Shown piece by piece: positions 1-9,794 of a stretch of 64,000 nucleotides of DNA (position 1 is its first letter; the number at the start of each line of letters is the position of its first letter). Both the position numbers and the translations under genes were made by a program. Origin of the DNA: Pirellulales bacterium (lineage in GTDB: Bacteria; Planctomycetota; Planctomycetia; Pirellulales; UBA1268). The stretch is taken from positions 2,546-66,545 of the forward strand of contig JBIIGJ010000006.1 in the NCBI GenBank assembly GCA_044236455.1, in the 5' to 3' direction. Below the pieces are notes generated by a model. The model had not been told where the DNA came from and searched no databases. It saw only the letters and a program-made list of their open reading frames with translations.

Positions 1-1
1 G

Positions 2-2200
2 CTCGCGCTGTTGTGGCGAGACAGCCTGGAGATGCCGCTTTCTTCCGACGACCGGCTGCGGCTGGTCGACGAGATCGCGACGCTAGCGCCGGTGTGGGCC
101 GATCCCGCCGCGGCCACGCGGATCGCGAAGATGTACGAGGACGTGGGACAGAAGCTCTCCGACGTGGGCCAGCCGAGGGCGTATTCGCAGGTGGCCCACG
201 CGCAGCAGACCTGCCCGCTCCTGTGTGCCAAGCCGTTCGCGTTCTTCCCCGAATCGCTCGCCCGCCGAGAAGTGTTTGAACTGGCGCTGGCCGGTCGATC
301 AGAAGCCCTCGATGGCCTTTCGACGCGGCTCGCGTTCTTCGGATGCACGGACCCGCCGGCCAACTCGCCGTTTTTCACCTGGGCCGAGGCGCTGACGGCG
401 AAGCGGCCCGCGGCCAACCGCGACTGGCGGCATCCGCTCGTCACCGAGCCGGGCAAGGAGGGGGTGACGCTGGCCGCCGATCTCGACGCCGCGCTTGATG
501 GCGCCGAATACCGTCACGCCTGCGAGATCGTCCTGGCCACGGACGACGTGGCGAGTCTGCTGCCCGATCGCAAGGATGCCGCCCTCTTCGCGCCGCTGCC
601 GACGAACGTGGCCACGCTGATGGCCGACGAGCCGCCGCTCCAGGAGACGATGCGGGCCGAGTTCGGCGACCGGGCGGGTATCCGCGTGCGGCAGGCGATC
701 GATCAGGTTGATGCGGCGGCCGTCGAGGCGGCGACATTCCAGTATTTCGGCACGGAAGCGGCCGCGGACGCGCATGCATGGCTCGGTGATCGCTGCCTGG
801 CCGGCGGCGACATCGCCACGGCGCTCGACCACTACCGGCTCGCCCGCAGTTCAGCCGCCCAGTCGCTTCTGCCGCGGCTGTCGGCTGCCGAGCAGGTGGC
901 ACAGGCGCTGGTCGTCCGTCCGCAGTCGCTTCCCGCGACGAGCCTGCCCGAGGCCCGCGACTACGATCCCGTCACCCGCGCCCGGCTGGAGGGAGATGTC
1001 GGGGCCAATCCCGCTGGCCTGCCTGCCGAATACGGCCGCGGCGGGCCGGGCTTCGCCCCACAGTCGCTCGACTGGGTGGCGAGGCAGGCGGCCGTCGTGC
1101 CGCTCGCCGACCGGCTCCTCGTGAGCAACCGGTTCCAGCTGGCCAGTTACGACCCGCAGTCGGGCGGCCTGCACTGGCGGGCGGGCGTCGGCGGCGACGC
1201 GGCGGCGACGCACGAGTGGGCGGGCCAGCCGATGCGGCCGGTCGCGAATGCCACGCACGCCTTCGTGCGGCGGCTCAAGAAGACGGGCCCGGCGTTGGCC
1301 TCGATCCAGCTGGCCGACGGCACCGTGGCCTGGGAGACGCCGCCGCGGCCAGATCGGTGGCTCGTGTCCGACCCGGTGCTCATCGATGGCGTGCTTCATG
1401 GCTGCACGGCGACCAAGGTGGGCGATGAGTATGCGTTGTCTCTCACAGCCTTCGATGCATCGAATGGCGAACGCATGCGCGAGCAGCCGCTGGTCAGCCT
1501 GCGGGAGTCGTGGTGGCGGCAGCGTGACTGCCAGATTGCGGCGATCGAGGGCGGCCTCGTGATCACCTGCGGCGGCAGCGTCGTCTGCTGTGATTCCGCG
1601 GGCACGGTCCGCTGGGTGCGGAAGGAACTCTCCGTGCCCGTCGCCGTCGAGTCGTTCTGGATGGTGCAGGCGCAGTCGCCGCCACTGGTCGCCGACGGCC
1701 GGCTGTTCGTCCTCGAGCCCGGTGTGCCGGCGGTGGTTGCCCTCGATGCGGCGAGTGGCCGCGTTCTCTGGAAGGCAAGCCTGCCGGAGGCGAGACGGGT
1801 GCTCGGCATCGTGCGGACGGGAGAGAGCGGCCCGAACAAGGCGACCGAGACGCTGGTCGTCGAGCGGTCATCTGGAATCGTGGCCGTCGACACCGCCACG
1901 GGCGACTTTCGCTGGCGGTTCGAGTCGCCGGATCTGCTCGATGCCTGTCTCGTGGGCACGCGCGACGGCGTGCTCGTGACGGTCCGCGAGCCAATACCGA
2001 ATGAAAAAGCTTTTCAGCCGGTGCTCGTCTGGCTCGATCCGCAGTCGGGCCAGCCGAAGCATCGGACCGCGCTTGCCACCCTCAAGGATCCCGATCCCCG
2101 CTTCGGCCCGCTCGTGCGGCAGGGCGACCGCGTCTGGGCGCTCTTCGGCCGCGGCCCTGCCGATCCCGCCCGGGATCTGGTCGAGCTCGTGCCGAAGTGA
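2..2200 (+). CDS. PQQ-like beta-propeller repeat protein (BamB-like fold); 5' end lies outside the window
   Basis: The frame is open from the window edge. The C-terminal half has recurring propeller-blade motifs (GGLHWRAG, DGTVAWET, AGTVRWVR, SGRVLWKA, TGDFRWRF). Third-position GC is high. Confidence 0.6.
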   Translation, partial: LALLWRDSLEMPLSSDDRLRLVDEIATLAPVWADPAAATRIAKMYEDVGQKLSDVGQPRAYSQVAHAQQTCPLLCAKPFAFFPESLARREVFELALAGRSEALDGLSTRLAFFGCTDPPANSPFFTWAEALTAKRPAANRDWRHPLVTEPGKEGVTLAADLDAALDGAEYRHACEIVLATDDVASLLPDRKDAALFAPLPTNVATLMADEPPLQETMRAEFGDRAGIRVRQAIDQVDAAAVEAATFQYFGTEAAADAHAWLGDRCLAGGDIATALDHYRLARSSAAQSLLPRLSAAEQVAQALVVRPQSLPATSLPEARDYDPVTRARLEGDVGANPAGLPAEYGRGGPGFAPQSLDWVARQAAVVPLADRLLVSNRFQLASYDPQSGGLHWRAGVGGDAAATHEWAGQPMRPVANATHAFVRRLKKTGPALASIQLADGTVAWETPPRPDRWLVSDPVLIDGVLHGCTATKVGDEYALSLTAFDASNGERMREQPLVSLRESWWRQRDCQIAAIEGGLVITCGGSVVCCDSAGTVRWVRKELSVPVAVESFWMVQAQSPPLVADGRLFVLEPGVPAVVALDAASGRVLWKASLPEARRVLGIVRTGESGPNKATETLVVERSSGIVAVDTATGDFRWRFESPDLLDACLVGTRDGVLVTVREPIPNEKAFQPVLVWLDPQSGQPKHRTALATLKDPDPRFGPLVRQGDRVWALFGRGPADPARDLVELVPK

Positions 2201-2207
2201 CTGTGGT

Positions 2208-2231
2208 GGTGTGAAAAGCGCTTTTGTCACC
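2208..2231 (+). terminator. AT-rich imperfect palindrome GGTGTGAAAAGC/GCTTTTGTCACC just after the stop at 2200
   Basis: It lies 8 nt downstream of the stop codon and is a locally AT-rich hairpin in a GC-rich background. The stem is weak and no clean T-run follows. Confidence 0.3.
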
Positions 2232-2273
2232 GTAGGTGTGAGTTTTCAACGTGGCCTTTTCTGGGGTTGCGCC

Positions 2274-2392
2274 GGGCGGGCTCCCCGAACACGCTGCGCT
2301 CGCTCGGCGGCTCGGCGACAGCGTTGGGGATGATGGTGGGCGATTGGCGCCGAGGCGCCTGATGCTCGCTTCGGTGTTCGGGGAGCCCGCCC
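2274..2392. repeat. Perfect 19-bp inverted repeat (GGGCGGGCTCCCCGAACAC / GTGTTCGGGGAGCCCGCCC) flanking an 81-nt spacer
   Basis: The arms at 2274-2292 and 2374-2392 are exact reverse complements. The spacer contains the GGCGCC-GA-GGCGCC palindrome. The element lies in a convergent intergenic region. Confidence 0.9.
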
Positions 2393-2404
2393 TCGTCCAG
2401 GATT

Positions 2405-2423
2405 GCATGGCAGGATGCCATGC
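2405..2423 (-). terminator. Hairpin GCATGGCA-gga-TGCCATGC, 7 nt downstream of the stop at 2430
   Basis: Perfect 8-bp stem with a 3-nt loop immediately after the minus-strand stop codon. No U-run follows. Confidence 0.3.
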
Positions 2424-2429
2424 CCGGGC

Positions 2430-3812
2430 TCAACTCGTGCCGAAGAAGGTGAGAGAGGGACCGCCGGTGGCCAGGCGCTGGATGTATAAGGCCAGCTCGC
2501 GGAGATGGTAGTCGCCCCACATGGCCGACTCGCCGCAGGGAATCTTTCGCCCCTTGGGAATATGGTCCCAGCCGTTGGGCCGATGGTAGACGGTGTGGAG
2601 GAGGAGCCCCTCGTGGCTGGGATCACTGCTGAGGTAGGGCTCTGAGAAGAGCGTGCCGGCGACGGTGAGCCCGGCCGCCGTGTAGCGGGCGCCTTCCTCT
2701 TTTCTGCCGTGGCGTTCCAGAGAGCGGCCAAGTCGCAGAAGTCCCTGCGCGCCGATGGCGGCGGCGGAACTGTCCACCGGCTCGTGCTCGTTGAAGGGAT
2801 CGGCGGGTCGGCTCGTATAGTCGCCAAGGTGGACGAGCCCGGGGGCGCCGGTATCCCAGTAGGGAATGCCATCGGTCGGGGTCTCGCGGATGTAAAAATC
2901 CGCCACGGCCATCGACACCTCGAGGAAGCGGTCCAGGATCGCCTGCTTGCCGCCGAACGGGGCGAGTTCGGCGTCGGGGAGGCCTTCGAGAAATTCCATC
3001 TGTTCGGGATAGCCGCAGAGGATCCAGGCCAGCCCACGGGTCCAGGTGGAGAACGGTGTGTAGCCCTGCTGCGTGGAGGCGCAGCGGTAGTTGCCGTCGT
3101 TGGTGTTGAAGATCGACTCGTGGACCACGCGGCCGGGCACGTCGTAGATGTCACGGCCGCGGCCGTAGTAGACGTTGTAGCGGGCGGTGGTCTCGGCGTG
3201 CTGGAGCAGCCGGCCGAGGAGCGAGACGGGCTTGTCGTTCTCGGCCATCAGGCGGTGGCCGAGTCGATGGCCAAGCGCCAGGGCCCGTAGCGAGCGGATG
3301 GTGTCCGCGAAGAGGGAGTGGGGGCCGTTGAAGGAATAGATGTAGCCGAGTTCGGGTGTGAGCTGGGTCCAGCGGGAGGCCTGCACCGCCCCGCTCGCCT
3401 TGAGCGCGAGGTCGTAGAAGTGTCCTTCCCACGCGTTGGCGGGCAGGCGGCCCTCCTGGAGGAGGCGGCGGAGGTTGCCGTAGGTGCTGACGTTGTTGAA
3501 GCCGTGGTCGTGGACGCCCGAGTGCGTGACGTGCGACGCCATCAGGCGGAGCGTTCCCTCGCGGCCGATGCGGAGCATCGCCTCGTCGCCCGTCGCGTCG
3601 AACTGGAGGATCGCCGACCCATACTGAAACCCCTGCGTCCACTCGGTCCAGCCGCGGGACGTGTACCGGCCCTCGATCGTGAAGACCGGCGTGCCGTCCG
3701 CATCCTTCCACCGTTTCTGGAGGCTGGCGATCTTGGGAGCGGAGACCGTGAAGACGGTGTCGGCCGCGGCCTTGAGCGAGGCCGGCGTGAGCGTGGTGTC
3801 GATCGTGATCAT
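2430..3812 (-). CDS. Glycoside hydrolase family 88-like (unsaturated glucuronyl hydrolase-like) protein
   Basis: 460-aa ORF. It has an HDHGF motif (cf. HDxGF of GH88) and C-terminal WGDYHLRELALY (cf. the GDYY.xEA motif). Confidence 0.55.
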   Translation of the reverse strand: MITIDTTLTPASLKAAADTVFTVSAPKIASLQKRWKDADGTPVFTIEGRYTSRGWTEWTQGFQYGSAILQFDATGDEAMLRIGREGTLRLMASHVTHSGVHDHGFNNVSTYGNLRRLLQEGRLPANAWEGHFYDLALKASGAVQASRWTQLTPELGYIYSFNGPHSLFADTIRSLRALALGHRLGHRLMAENDKPVSLLGRLLQHAETTARYNVYYGRGRDIYDVPGRVVHESIFNTNDGNYRCASTQQGYTPFSTWTRGLAWILCGYPEQMEFLEGLPDAELAPFGGKQAILDRFLEVSMAVADFYIRETPTDGIPYWDTGAPGLVHLGDYTSRPADPFNEHEPVDSSAAAIGAQGLLRLGRSLERHGRKEEGARYTAAGLTVAGTLFSEPYLSSDPSHEGLLLHTVYHRPNGWDHIPKGRKIPCGESAMWGDYHLRELALYIQRLATGGPSLTFFGTS

Positions 3813-3874
3813 GCGGGGTGTGTGGTGGGGTTGGGAGAATTGAGCGTGAGGCGAACTGGGAAAAGCCAGAACAA

Positions 3875-4663
3875 TCAGAGGCGGCGGAGGTGAAAACCGC
3901 CGTCCAGGTAGATGACGTCCCCGGTGGAGAAGGGAAAATCACCGCGGCAGATCGCCTTCACGGCGCGGCCGACATCTTCCGGGGTGCCCCAGCGCTTTTG
4001 CGGCACGAGCCCCTCGGCGATGAGGGCGTCGTATTTTTCCTTGACGCCCGAGGTCATGTCGGTCGCCATGATGCCGGGACGCAGTTCCAGCACCTGCACC
4101 CCATCGGCGGCCAGCCGGGTGGCCCAGAGTTGGGCGGCCATGGCGAGGCCGGCCTTCGAGATGCAGTAGTCGCCGCGGTTGACCGACGCGGTGGCGGCGG
4201 AGATCGAGGTGACGAAGAGGAGCTTGTAGCCGCCCGCCAGACGCGACGCACCCGGATGGGCGAGCCAGTAGTTGGCGGCGGACTGGCTGAGGAAGTAGGG
4301 GCCCTTCAAGTTGACGGCGATCAATTCGTCGAAACTCGCCTCGCCCGCCGCGGTGATGTCGGCCCGCTCGCGGGGCGCCATTCCGGCGTTGTTGATCAGG
4401 GCGTCGAGATGGCCGAGGCCGGCGAGCACCTGCTCGAGGAGTGCCCCGCGCTCTGCCGCGGACGCCAGGTGCGCGGAGACGGGGAGGAACCGCTGGGAGG
4501 GATCCGTGGCGACCGCCCGGCAGGCCGCGACGGTTGCCTCGGCCGCCGCGGCATTGGAGGCGTAATGGATCGCCAGGTCGTAGCCTTCGGCGGCCAGCGT
4601 GAGAGCGATGCCCCGGCCCAGGCCGCGGCTGGCTCCGGTGATAAGAACGACGGGTCGTTTCAT
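3875..4663 (-). CDS. Short-chain dehydrogenase/reductase (3-oxoacyl-ACP reductase-like)
   Basis: TGASRGLG Rossmann motif, NNAG, and catalytic Y-x3-K (YCISK); 262 aa. Confidence 0.85.
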   Translation of the reverse strand: MKRPVVLITGASRGLGRGIALTLAAEGYDLAIHYASNAAAAEATVAACRAVATDPSQRFLPVSAHLASAAERGALLEQVLAGLGHLDALINNAGMAPRERADITAAGEASFDELIAVNLKGPYFLSQSAANYWLAHPGASRLAGGYKLLFVTSISAATASVNRGDYCISKAGLAMAAQLWATRLAADGVQVLELRPGIMATDMTSGVKEKYDALIAEGLVPQKRWGTPEDVGRAVKAICRGDFPFSTGDVIYLDGGFHLRRL

Positions 4664-4789
4664 GCGGCCATCATGCCAGACCGGCCCCGTCGCGTCACCG
4701 GGTGAGCTCTTTCACCGGTCGACTGCGTGGGCTGCCAAGAGTGGTTGCTCCGCAACCGAGGGGCCATGGAGAGCTTTTTCCACAGCCAG

Positions 4790-5617
4790 TTAGCGGCGTG
4801 ACTTGGGGCGGTAGTAGCTGCAGCCCGCACCGCTGAGACGCTCGTAGTTCGTGTCCATGCCGATCAGCGTCTCGGCGCCGCCCAGGAAGAGCGCGCCGTC
4901 CGGACGCAGCACCTTGCGAAACTTCTCCACGAGCGCCGTCCGGGTCGGCAGGTCGAAGTAGATCATCACGTTGCGGACCAGCACAATGTCGCAGGGGGGC
5001 ATCATCGGCCACGCGGCGTTCAGGTTGAGGGAGCGGTATTCCACCAGCCGCCGACAGTCCTGGGAGATGCTCCACTTTCCCTGGAGAGGCCGGAAATACT
5101 TGGCCAAGAGCGCCGGCGGCAGACCGCGGGCGGTCTGCAGGTCGCTGAAAATTCCCTCGCGGGCATGCGTCAGCACGGCCTCCGAGAAGTCGGTGGCGAT
5201 GATCCGCACCCGCCAGGTGGCCAGCAGATCGCGGAAGTGCTCGTTGAGCAGGATGGCGAGGCTGTAGGGTTCCTGGCCGGTGGAACAGGCCGCCGACCAG
5301 AAGGTCAGCTGCTGCTGGGCCCCGCGGCGGGCGATGAGTTCGGGCAGGAGCTGGCGGATCGTCTCGAACGGGCTCTTGTCGCGGAAGAACGAGGTCTCGT
5401 GCGTCATCATGGCGCTGAGCACGTCGCGTTCGAGCGACGCATCCGACCCCTTGCGCATCCGGTCGATGAGCGTGTCGAGGCTGGGGATTTTCCGCTGGCG
5501 GACGATCGGCATCAGCCGGGCGACGACGAGATACTCCTTCGCGGTGTCGATCACGACGCCGGTGCGCCTGCGCAGCAGGTCACGCAGATAGGCGAACTGG
5601 TCGGCACCGACTTTCAT
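4790..5617 (-). CDS. cheR: Chemotaxis protein methyltransferase CheR
   Basis: CheR N-terminal helical domain plus the SAM-MTase motif FWSAACSTGQEPYSLA. It is the last gene of the che operon. Confidence 0.9.
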   Translation of the reverse strand: MKVGADQFAYLRDLLRRRTGVVIDTAKEYLVVARLMPIVRQRKIPSLDTLIDRMRKGSDASLERDVLSAMMTHETSFFRDKSPFETIRQLLPELIARRGAQQQLTFWSAACSTGQEPYSLAILLNEHFRDLLATWRVRIIATDFSEAVLTHAREGIFSDLQTARGLPPALLAKYFRPLQGKWSISQDCRRLVEYRSLNLNAAWPMMPPCDIVLVRNVMIYFDLPTRTALVEKFRKVLRPDGALFLGGAETLIGMDTNYERLSGAGCSYYRPKSRR

Positions 5618-5636
5618 GGGAGCCTTCCTGGACGGG

Positions 5637-7085
5637 TCATCCGCCGCGGCGCGACAGCCGCAGCGCCACTTCGACGCCGATCTGCGACAGCGGCAGGATG
5701 GCGTCGGCCAGTCCGGCGCGGACCACCTCGCCGGGCATGCCCCAGACCACGCTCGTGTATTCGTCCTGCGCGATCACTGCCCCGCCGGCGTGGACGATCT
5801 GCCGTGCGCCCTGGAGCGCGTCGCGGCCCATGCCGGTGAGCACGACGCCGAGCGTGCCCGGACCCCAGGCCCGAACCGCGGAGCGGAAGAGCACGTCGGC
5901 CGCTGGACGGCAGGAGTTTTCCGGCGCCTCGTCCGTGAGCCGGGCCCGCAGCGACTGGCCGTCGGCGGAGAGTTCCAGATGGCGTCCGCCCGGTGCCAGC
6001 AGGATGCTGCCCGGTCGGATCTCCTCGCCCATCTGCGCCTCCCGCACGCTTGCGCCGCAGATCCGCGACAGCCGCTCCGCGAGTTGGGCCGTGAAGAATG
6101 CCGGCATGTGCTGCACGATCAGCACCGGCACGCGGACCTTCGCGGCGAACGCGGGCAGTACCTCGGCCAGCGCGACGGGGCCTCCGGTCGACGAGCCGAT
6201 GACGATGCCGCGGATCGGCTCGCGGCGGGTGGGGATCGCGGGGCGGGCCGCGATCGGCGGCGCCATCCGCGCGGCCGTGGCGACGCCGCGCGGCACGAGC
6301 GCCTTGATCTTGGTGATCACGTCCGCACGGATGCGGGCGGCGAGGTCATCGGCGGTCTGACCGACGGGTTTGGCGACGTAGTCGTTCGCGCCGGCGAGCA
6401 ACGCGTCGAGCGTGGCCTTCGATCCCCGCTCCGTCAGACTGGAGAACATCAGCACGGGCAGCTTGGGGTACAACCGGCGGATCTCCCGCAGCGTGGAGAT
6501 GCCGTCGAGCACCGGCATTTCCACGTCGAGCAGGACGATGTCTGGCGGACTGGCGGCGATGCTCGCCAGCGCCACCTGCCCGTTGATGGCGGTGCCGACC
6601 ACGCGCAGGTCGGGATCCGCACCGAGCGTGGACGACAGCACGGTGCGGATCGTGGCGGAATCGTCCACGATCAGCACGCGGATGGGTCCGCGTTCGCCGG
6701 CCGCGGCCGCCTCGGCCGCCGAGCAGACGCCCAGCGAAACGAGCTTGCGGGCGAGCGCCTCCGGCGTGAACGGCTTGGCGAGGTAGTCGTTGGCGCCGGC
6801 GGCCATCGCCGCGGCGATGCGGTCCTGATCGGTTTCGGTGGAGATCATCAGCAGCCGCAGGCCGCGGTGGGCGTCGCTGGCCCGCAGCCGTCGCAGCAGT
6901 TCCATGCCGTCCATCACGGGCATGTGCCAGTTGATCGTGACGACGTCGGGCCGCGGGGCCGCGGCCAGCGCGGCCAGTGCCTCGACGCCGTTGGACGCCT
7001 CGGTGCAGTCGAATTTCAGGTCGCGAAGCGCCCGCGCGACGATGCTGCGGCTCGGCTTCGAATCGTCGACGACCAACGCGCGCAC
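5637..7085 (-). CDS. cheB: CheY-like(pseudo-receiver)-REC-CheB methylesterase fusion
   Basis: REC1 spans residues 1-120 and has INWHMPVMDG, with Asn52 at the phospho-acceptor position. REC2 has LLDVEMPVLDG. The CheB catalytic domain has GSSTGGP and LIVQHMP. Confidence 0.9.
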   Translation of the reverse strand: MRALVVDDSKPSRSIVARALRDLKFDCTEASNGVEALAALAAAPRPDVVTINWHMPVMDGMELLRRLRASDAHRGLRLLMISTETDQDRIAAAMAAGANDYLAKPFTPEALARKLVSLGVCSAAEAAAAGERGPIRVLIVDDSATIRTVLSSTLGADPDLRVVGTAINGQVALASIAASPPDIVLLDVEMPVLDGISTLREIRRLYPKLPVLMFSSLTERGSKATLDALLAGANDYVAKPVGQTADDLAARIRADVITKIKALVPRGVATAARMAPPIAARPAIPTRREPIRGIVIGSSTGGPVALAEVLPAFAAKVRVPVLIVQHMPAFFTAQLAERLSRICGASVREAQMGEEIRPGSILLAPGGRHLELSADGQSLRARLTDEAPENSCRPAADVLFRSAVRAWGPGTLGVVLTGMGRDALQGARQIVHAGGAVIAQDEYTSVVWGMPGEVVRAGLADAILPLSQIGVEVALRLSRRGG

Positions 7086-7105
7086 GCGATGCCTCCTTGC
7101 GGGCG

Positions 7106-9265
7106 TCAGGACCGCCTGTATTCCTCGACCAGCCGCTGCAGGGACTGCGCCATCCGGGACAACTCCTGTGAGGACAGCTGCGTGTTCGACGCCCCCTCGG
7201 CCGTGCTCTGGGCCGCCTGCGCCACCTGCATGATGTTTTCGGCGATCTCCGTCGACCCCGTGGTCGCCTCGGCGATGTTGCGGCTGATTTCGCTGGTGGT
7301 CACCGACTGCTCCTCGACCGCCGTGGCGATCCTCGTCTGCAGGGCGTCGATCGACTCGATCACGGTGCGAATCCCGCCGATGTCCGAGACAGCCCGCTGG
7401 GTGTCGGCCTGCATGGCCTCGATCTTACCGCCGATGTCCTCGGTGGCCCGGGCGGTCTCCCGCGCGAGGTCCTTCACCTCGTTGGCGACGACGGCGAAGC
7501 CCCGGCCAGCCTCGCCGGCACGGGCGGCCTCGATCGTGGCGTTGAGGGCAAGCAGGTTCGTCTGCTCGGCGATCGCCGTGATCACCTTCACGACCTGGCC
7601 GATCTCGGCGCTCGAGCGTCCCAGGGCGTCCATCGTCGTCGAGGCGGTGCCCGCCTTATCCACCGCCTCGCGGGCGACGGATGCCGCCTGCTGGGCGCTC
7701 TTGGCGATCTCGTGGATGCTCGACACGAGATTGTCGATCGAGCCCGATACGGTGCGGGCGTTGCTGCTCACCTGCTCCGCCGCGGCCGAGACGAGATTGG
7801 CCTGGGCCGTGGTCTCCTCGGCGGCGGCGCTCATCTGCTGGCTGACGCTGGTGAGTTCCTCGGAGGAGCTGGCCAAGGCGTGCGTGTTGTCGACGATTCC
7901 GATGACGAGTGCGGCCTGGCGGTTCGCCTCGCGGGTGAGTCGCCGGGCGATGCCAGTCGACACAATCAGCACGCCCGCCGTCGTCAGTCCGAAGATTGTC
8001 AGCGCGAAGTTCCGGAGCCGGTGGATCGGCGCGAGCACCTCCGCCTGGTCGATCTCGGAAACCAGCGCCCAGCGGACGGTGTCCCGCGGAGAGGCCTCGT
8101 CACGATGGATCGTCACGGGCGCCCACGAGGAGAGGACCGGCTTGTCGCGGTAGTCGAGGGTGAGCGCCGTGCCCGGGCGGTTGTCATCGAGAGCTGATTT
8201 GACGGCGGTGGTGTTGACCTTGAACTGTGGATCGATGATCGTGCTGGTCACGCCCAAGTCCGCGGCAAAACGCGAGTTGCTGCGGAACATCCGGTCGGGG
8301 CCGATGGCGTAGGTTTCGCCGGTCTCTCCCATCCCGGTCGTTTCGCTGATGATCGCGTTGGCCTTATCGATCGGGATCTGAAAGGCGACGACGCCGACGA
8401 GCTGCCGCCCGTCGAAGATCGGTGCGGCGATGAAGCTGGCGGGCTCCATGCAGGAGGGCAGGTAGCGGGCAAACGGCCCGTAGGTCACCGCATCGCGCCG
8501 GCCGCTGCTGGCCGCCTTCGCGAAGGCGTCGCCGAGGCTCGTGCCGACCAGCGGCCCGCTCCGCAGCGATCCGGCGAAGTCGGGCTCCTTGAGCACTGTG
8601 TAGACGATGTTGCCGGAGGCGGCATCGATGAGAAATATGTCCGCCAGGCCGTACTTTTCGAGCATGCCCCGGAGCAGGGGGTGGAATTTCGCGTGTGCTC
8701 TGGAATAGGCGGATGCGTCGTCCGCGGCGTCGAGCAGCTGTTTCGAGCCGAGTGGGTTGTCGTTGCGGCGGATGTAGAGGTACTGCAGGTAGAGGGCGTT
8801 GTCGTCAAGGGACTCCACCAGCGGCTTGAAGGCGGGGTCGCTGCCGGCACGCTTGCGATACTCCGCCGTGAACTCGCCGGCGTAGTGCGCCTCGACGTCC
8901 CGGCGGACCTGCGCCATCGCCTTGGCGTCGGCCTCGTTGTCGGCCGCCACCGTGGCGAACGCCTCGCTGAACTGCCGGCACGCGTCGCTGGTCATGCTGT
9001 CAAGCGCAAACACGCTGAGCTGGTCGTGGAGCGTCTGGAAGTAGCGTTCCACCGACTTCGCGGTGATGGTGCGGACGGTCTCCAGTTTGGCGAACGACTC
9101 CTTCACGAGTGCCGTGGAGGCCGCCCGGTAGGTGGCGATGGCCATCAGGGCCAGGGGGATCAGCGAGACGCCCAGCAGTGCCAAGAGCAGCCGGTTGCCC
9201 AGCAGGGACCGCCAGCCTCCGGTCGCGTTTGCCGCCGCCTTCGATGGAGTGTCAAGATCCGCCAT
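7106..9265 (-). CDS. Methyl-accepting chemotaxis protein with periplasmic Cache-like sensor
   Basis: An N-terminal TM and a second TM flank an extracytoplasmic region of about 370 aa. The signalling hairpin [35 protein letters not shown] is canonical. Confidence 0.9.
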   Translation of the reverse strand: MADLDTPSKAAANATGGWRSLLGNRLLLALLGVSLIPLALMAIATYRAASTALVKESFAKLETVRTITAKSVERYFQTLHDQLSVFALDSMTSDACRQFSEAFATVAADNEADAKAMAQVRRDVEAHYAGEFTAEYRKRAGSDPAFKPLVESLDDNALYLQYLYIRRNDNPLGSKQLLDAADDASAYSRAHAKFHPLLRGMLEKYGLADIFLIDAASGNIVYTVLKEPDFAGSLRSGPLVGTSLGDAFAKAASSGRRDAVTYGPFARYLPSCMEPASFIAAPIFDGRQLVGVVAFQIPIDKANAIISETTGMGETGETYAIGPDRMFRSNSRFAADLGVTSTIIDPQFKVNTTAVKSALDDNRPGTALTLDYRDKPVLSSWAPVTIHRDEASPRDTVRWALVSEIDQAEVLAPIHRLRNFALTIFGLTTAGVLIVSTGIARRLTREANRQAALVIGIVDNTHALASSSEELTSVSQQMSAAAEETTAQANLVSAAAEQVSSNARTVSGSIDNLVSSIHEIAKSAQQAASVAREAVDKAGTASTTMDALGRSSAEIGQVVKVITAIAEQTNLLALNATIEAARAGEAGRGFAVVANEVKDLARETARATEDIGGKIEAMQADTQRAVSDIGGIRTVIESIDALQTRIATAVEEQSVTTSEISRNIAEATTGSTEIAENIMQVAQAAQSTAEGASNTQLSSQELSRMAQSLQRLVEEYRRS

Positions 9266-9794
9266 GCGTTGCTCCCTGCTTTTGAGGTGACTGTTCCCGC
9301 TGCCGCACGGGCAGCTGCACTATGCGCTGGGGATCGAGGAAATGCACGAGTCGCCCCTGCCCGGCGAAGGCGCCGATGACGGCGTCGTGCGGCGTGTCGG
9401 CCAGCGGTCTCGAGGGGTGCTCGATCCGGTCCTCCGCCACTTCGATGACGTCGCACATGTCGTCCACGAGCAGGCTGTACCAGTCGTCGTCAAGCCGCAC
9501 GACCACATGGGTCCGGGCCGCAGACGCCGAGGCGGCCGGGAAGCCGAGGCGACGCCGCATGTCGATGACCGGAACGATCCGGCCGCGCAGGTGGAGCAGG
9601 CCCAACACGGCTTCGGGGGCGTGCGGTACCCGCGTGAGGCGGCTGTCGCGCAGCACCTCGGCCACGTCCGTGGACGGCACGGCGAAGCAGTCGCCCCCGA
9701 CGAGAAAGCAGCAGTGGCAGCAGGAGGCCGGCGGCAATGCGGTCATGGAGGGCGTGGTCATGGGTGATGCGGCATCGGGGCGACGGAGAGTCAC
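9252..9794 (-). CDS. cheW: CheW coupling protein
   Basis: CheW-like domain ([29 protein letters not shown]). The GTG start overlaps the cheA stop (GTGA), and the 3' end overlaps the mcp start by 14 nt. Confidence 0.85.
   Translation of the reverse strand: MTLRRPDAASPMTTPSMTALPPASCCHCCFLVGGDCFAVPSTDVAEVLRDSRLTRVPHAPEAVLGLLHLRGRIVPVIDMRRRLGFPAASASAARTHVVVRLDDDWYSLLVDDMCDVIEVAEDRIEHPSRPLADTPHDAVIGAFAGQGRLVHFLDPQRIVQLPVRQREQSPQKQGATHGGS

Noticed and set aside
4693-4720. Bulged hairpin ACCGgGTGA-gctctt-TCACCGGT between cheR and the SDR gene
   Set aside because: The stem is imperfect and no U-run follows on either strand, so it cannot be distinguished from chance GC-rich pairing.
5616-8153. 845-aa plus-strand ORF across cheB and mcp
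   Set aside because: It is antisense to two genes with unambiguous domain signatures, and its composition is dominated by Arg/Gly/Ala/Asp, as expected from the reverse frame of GC3-rich genes.
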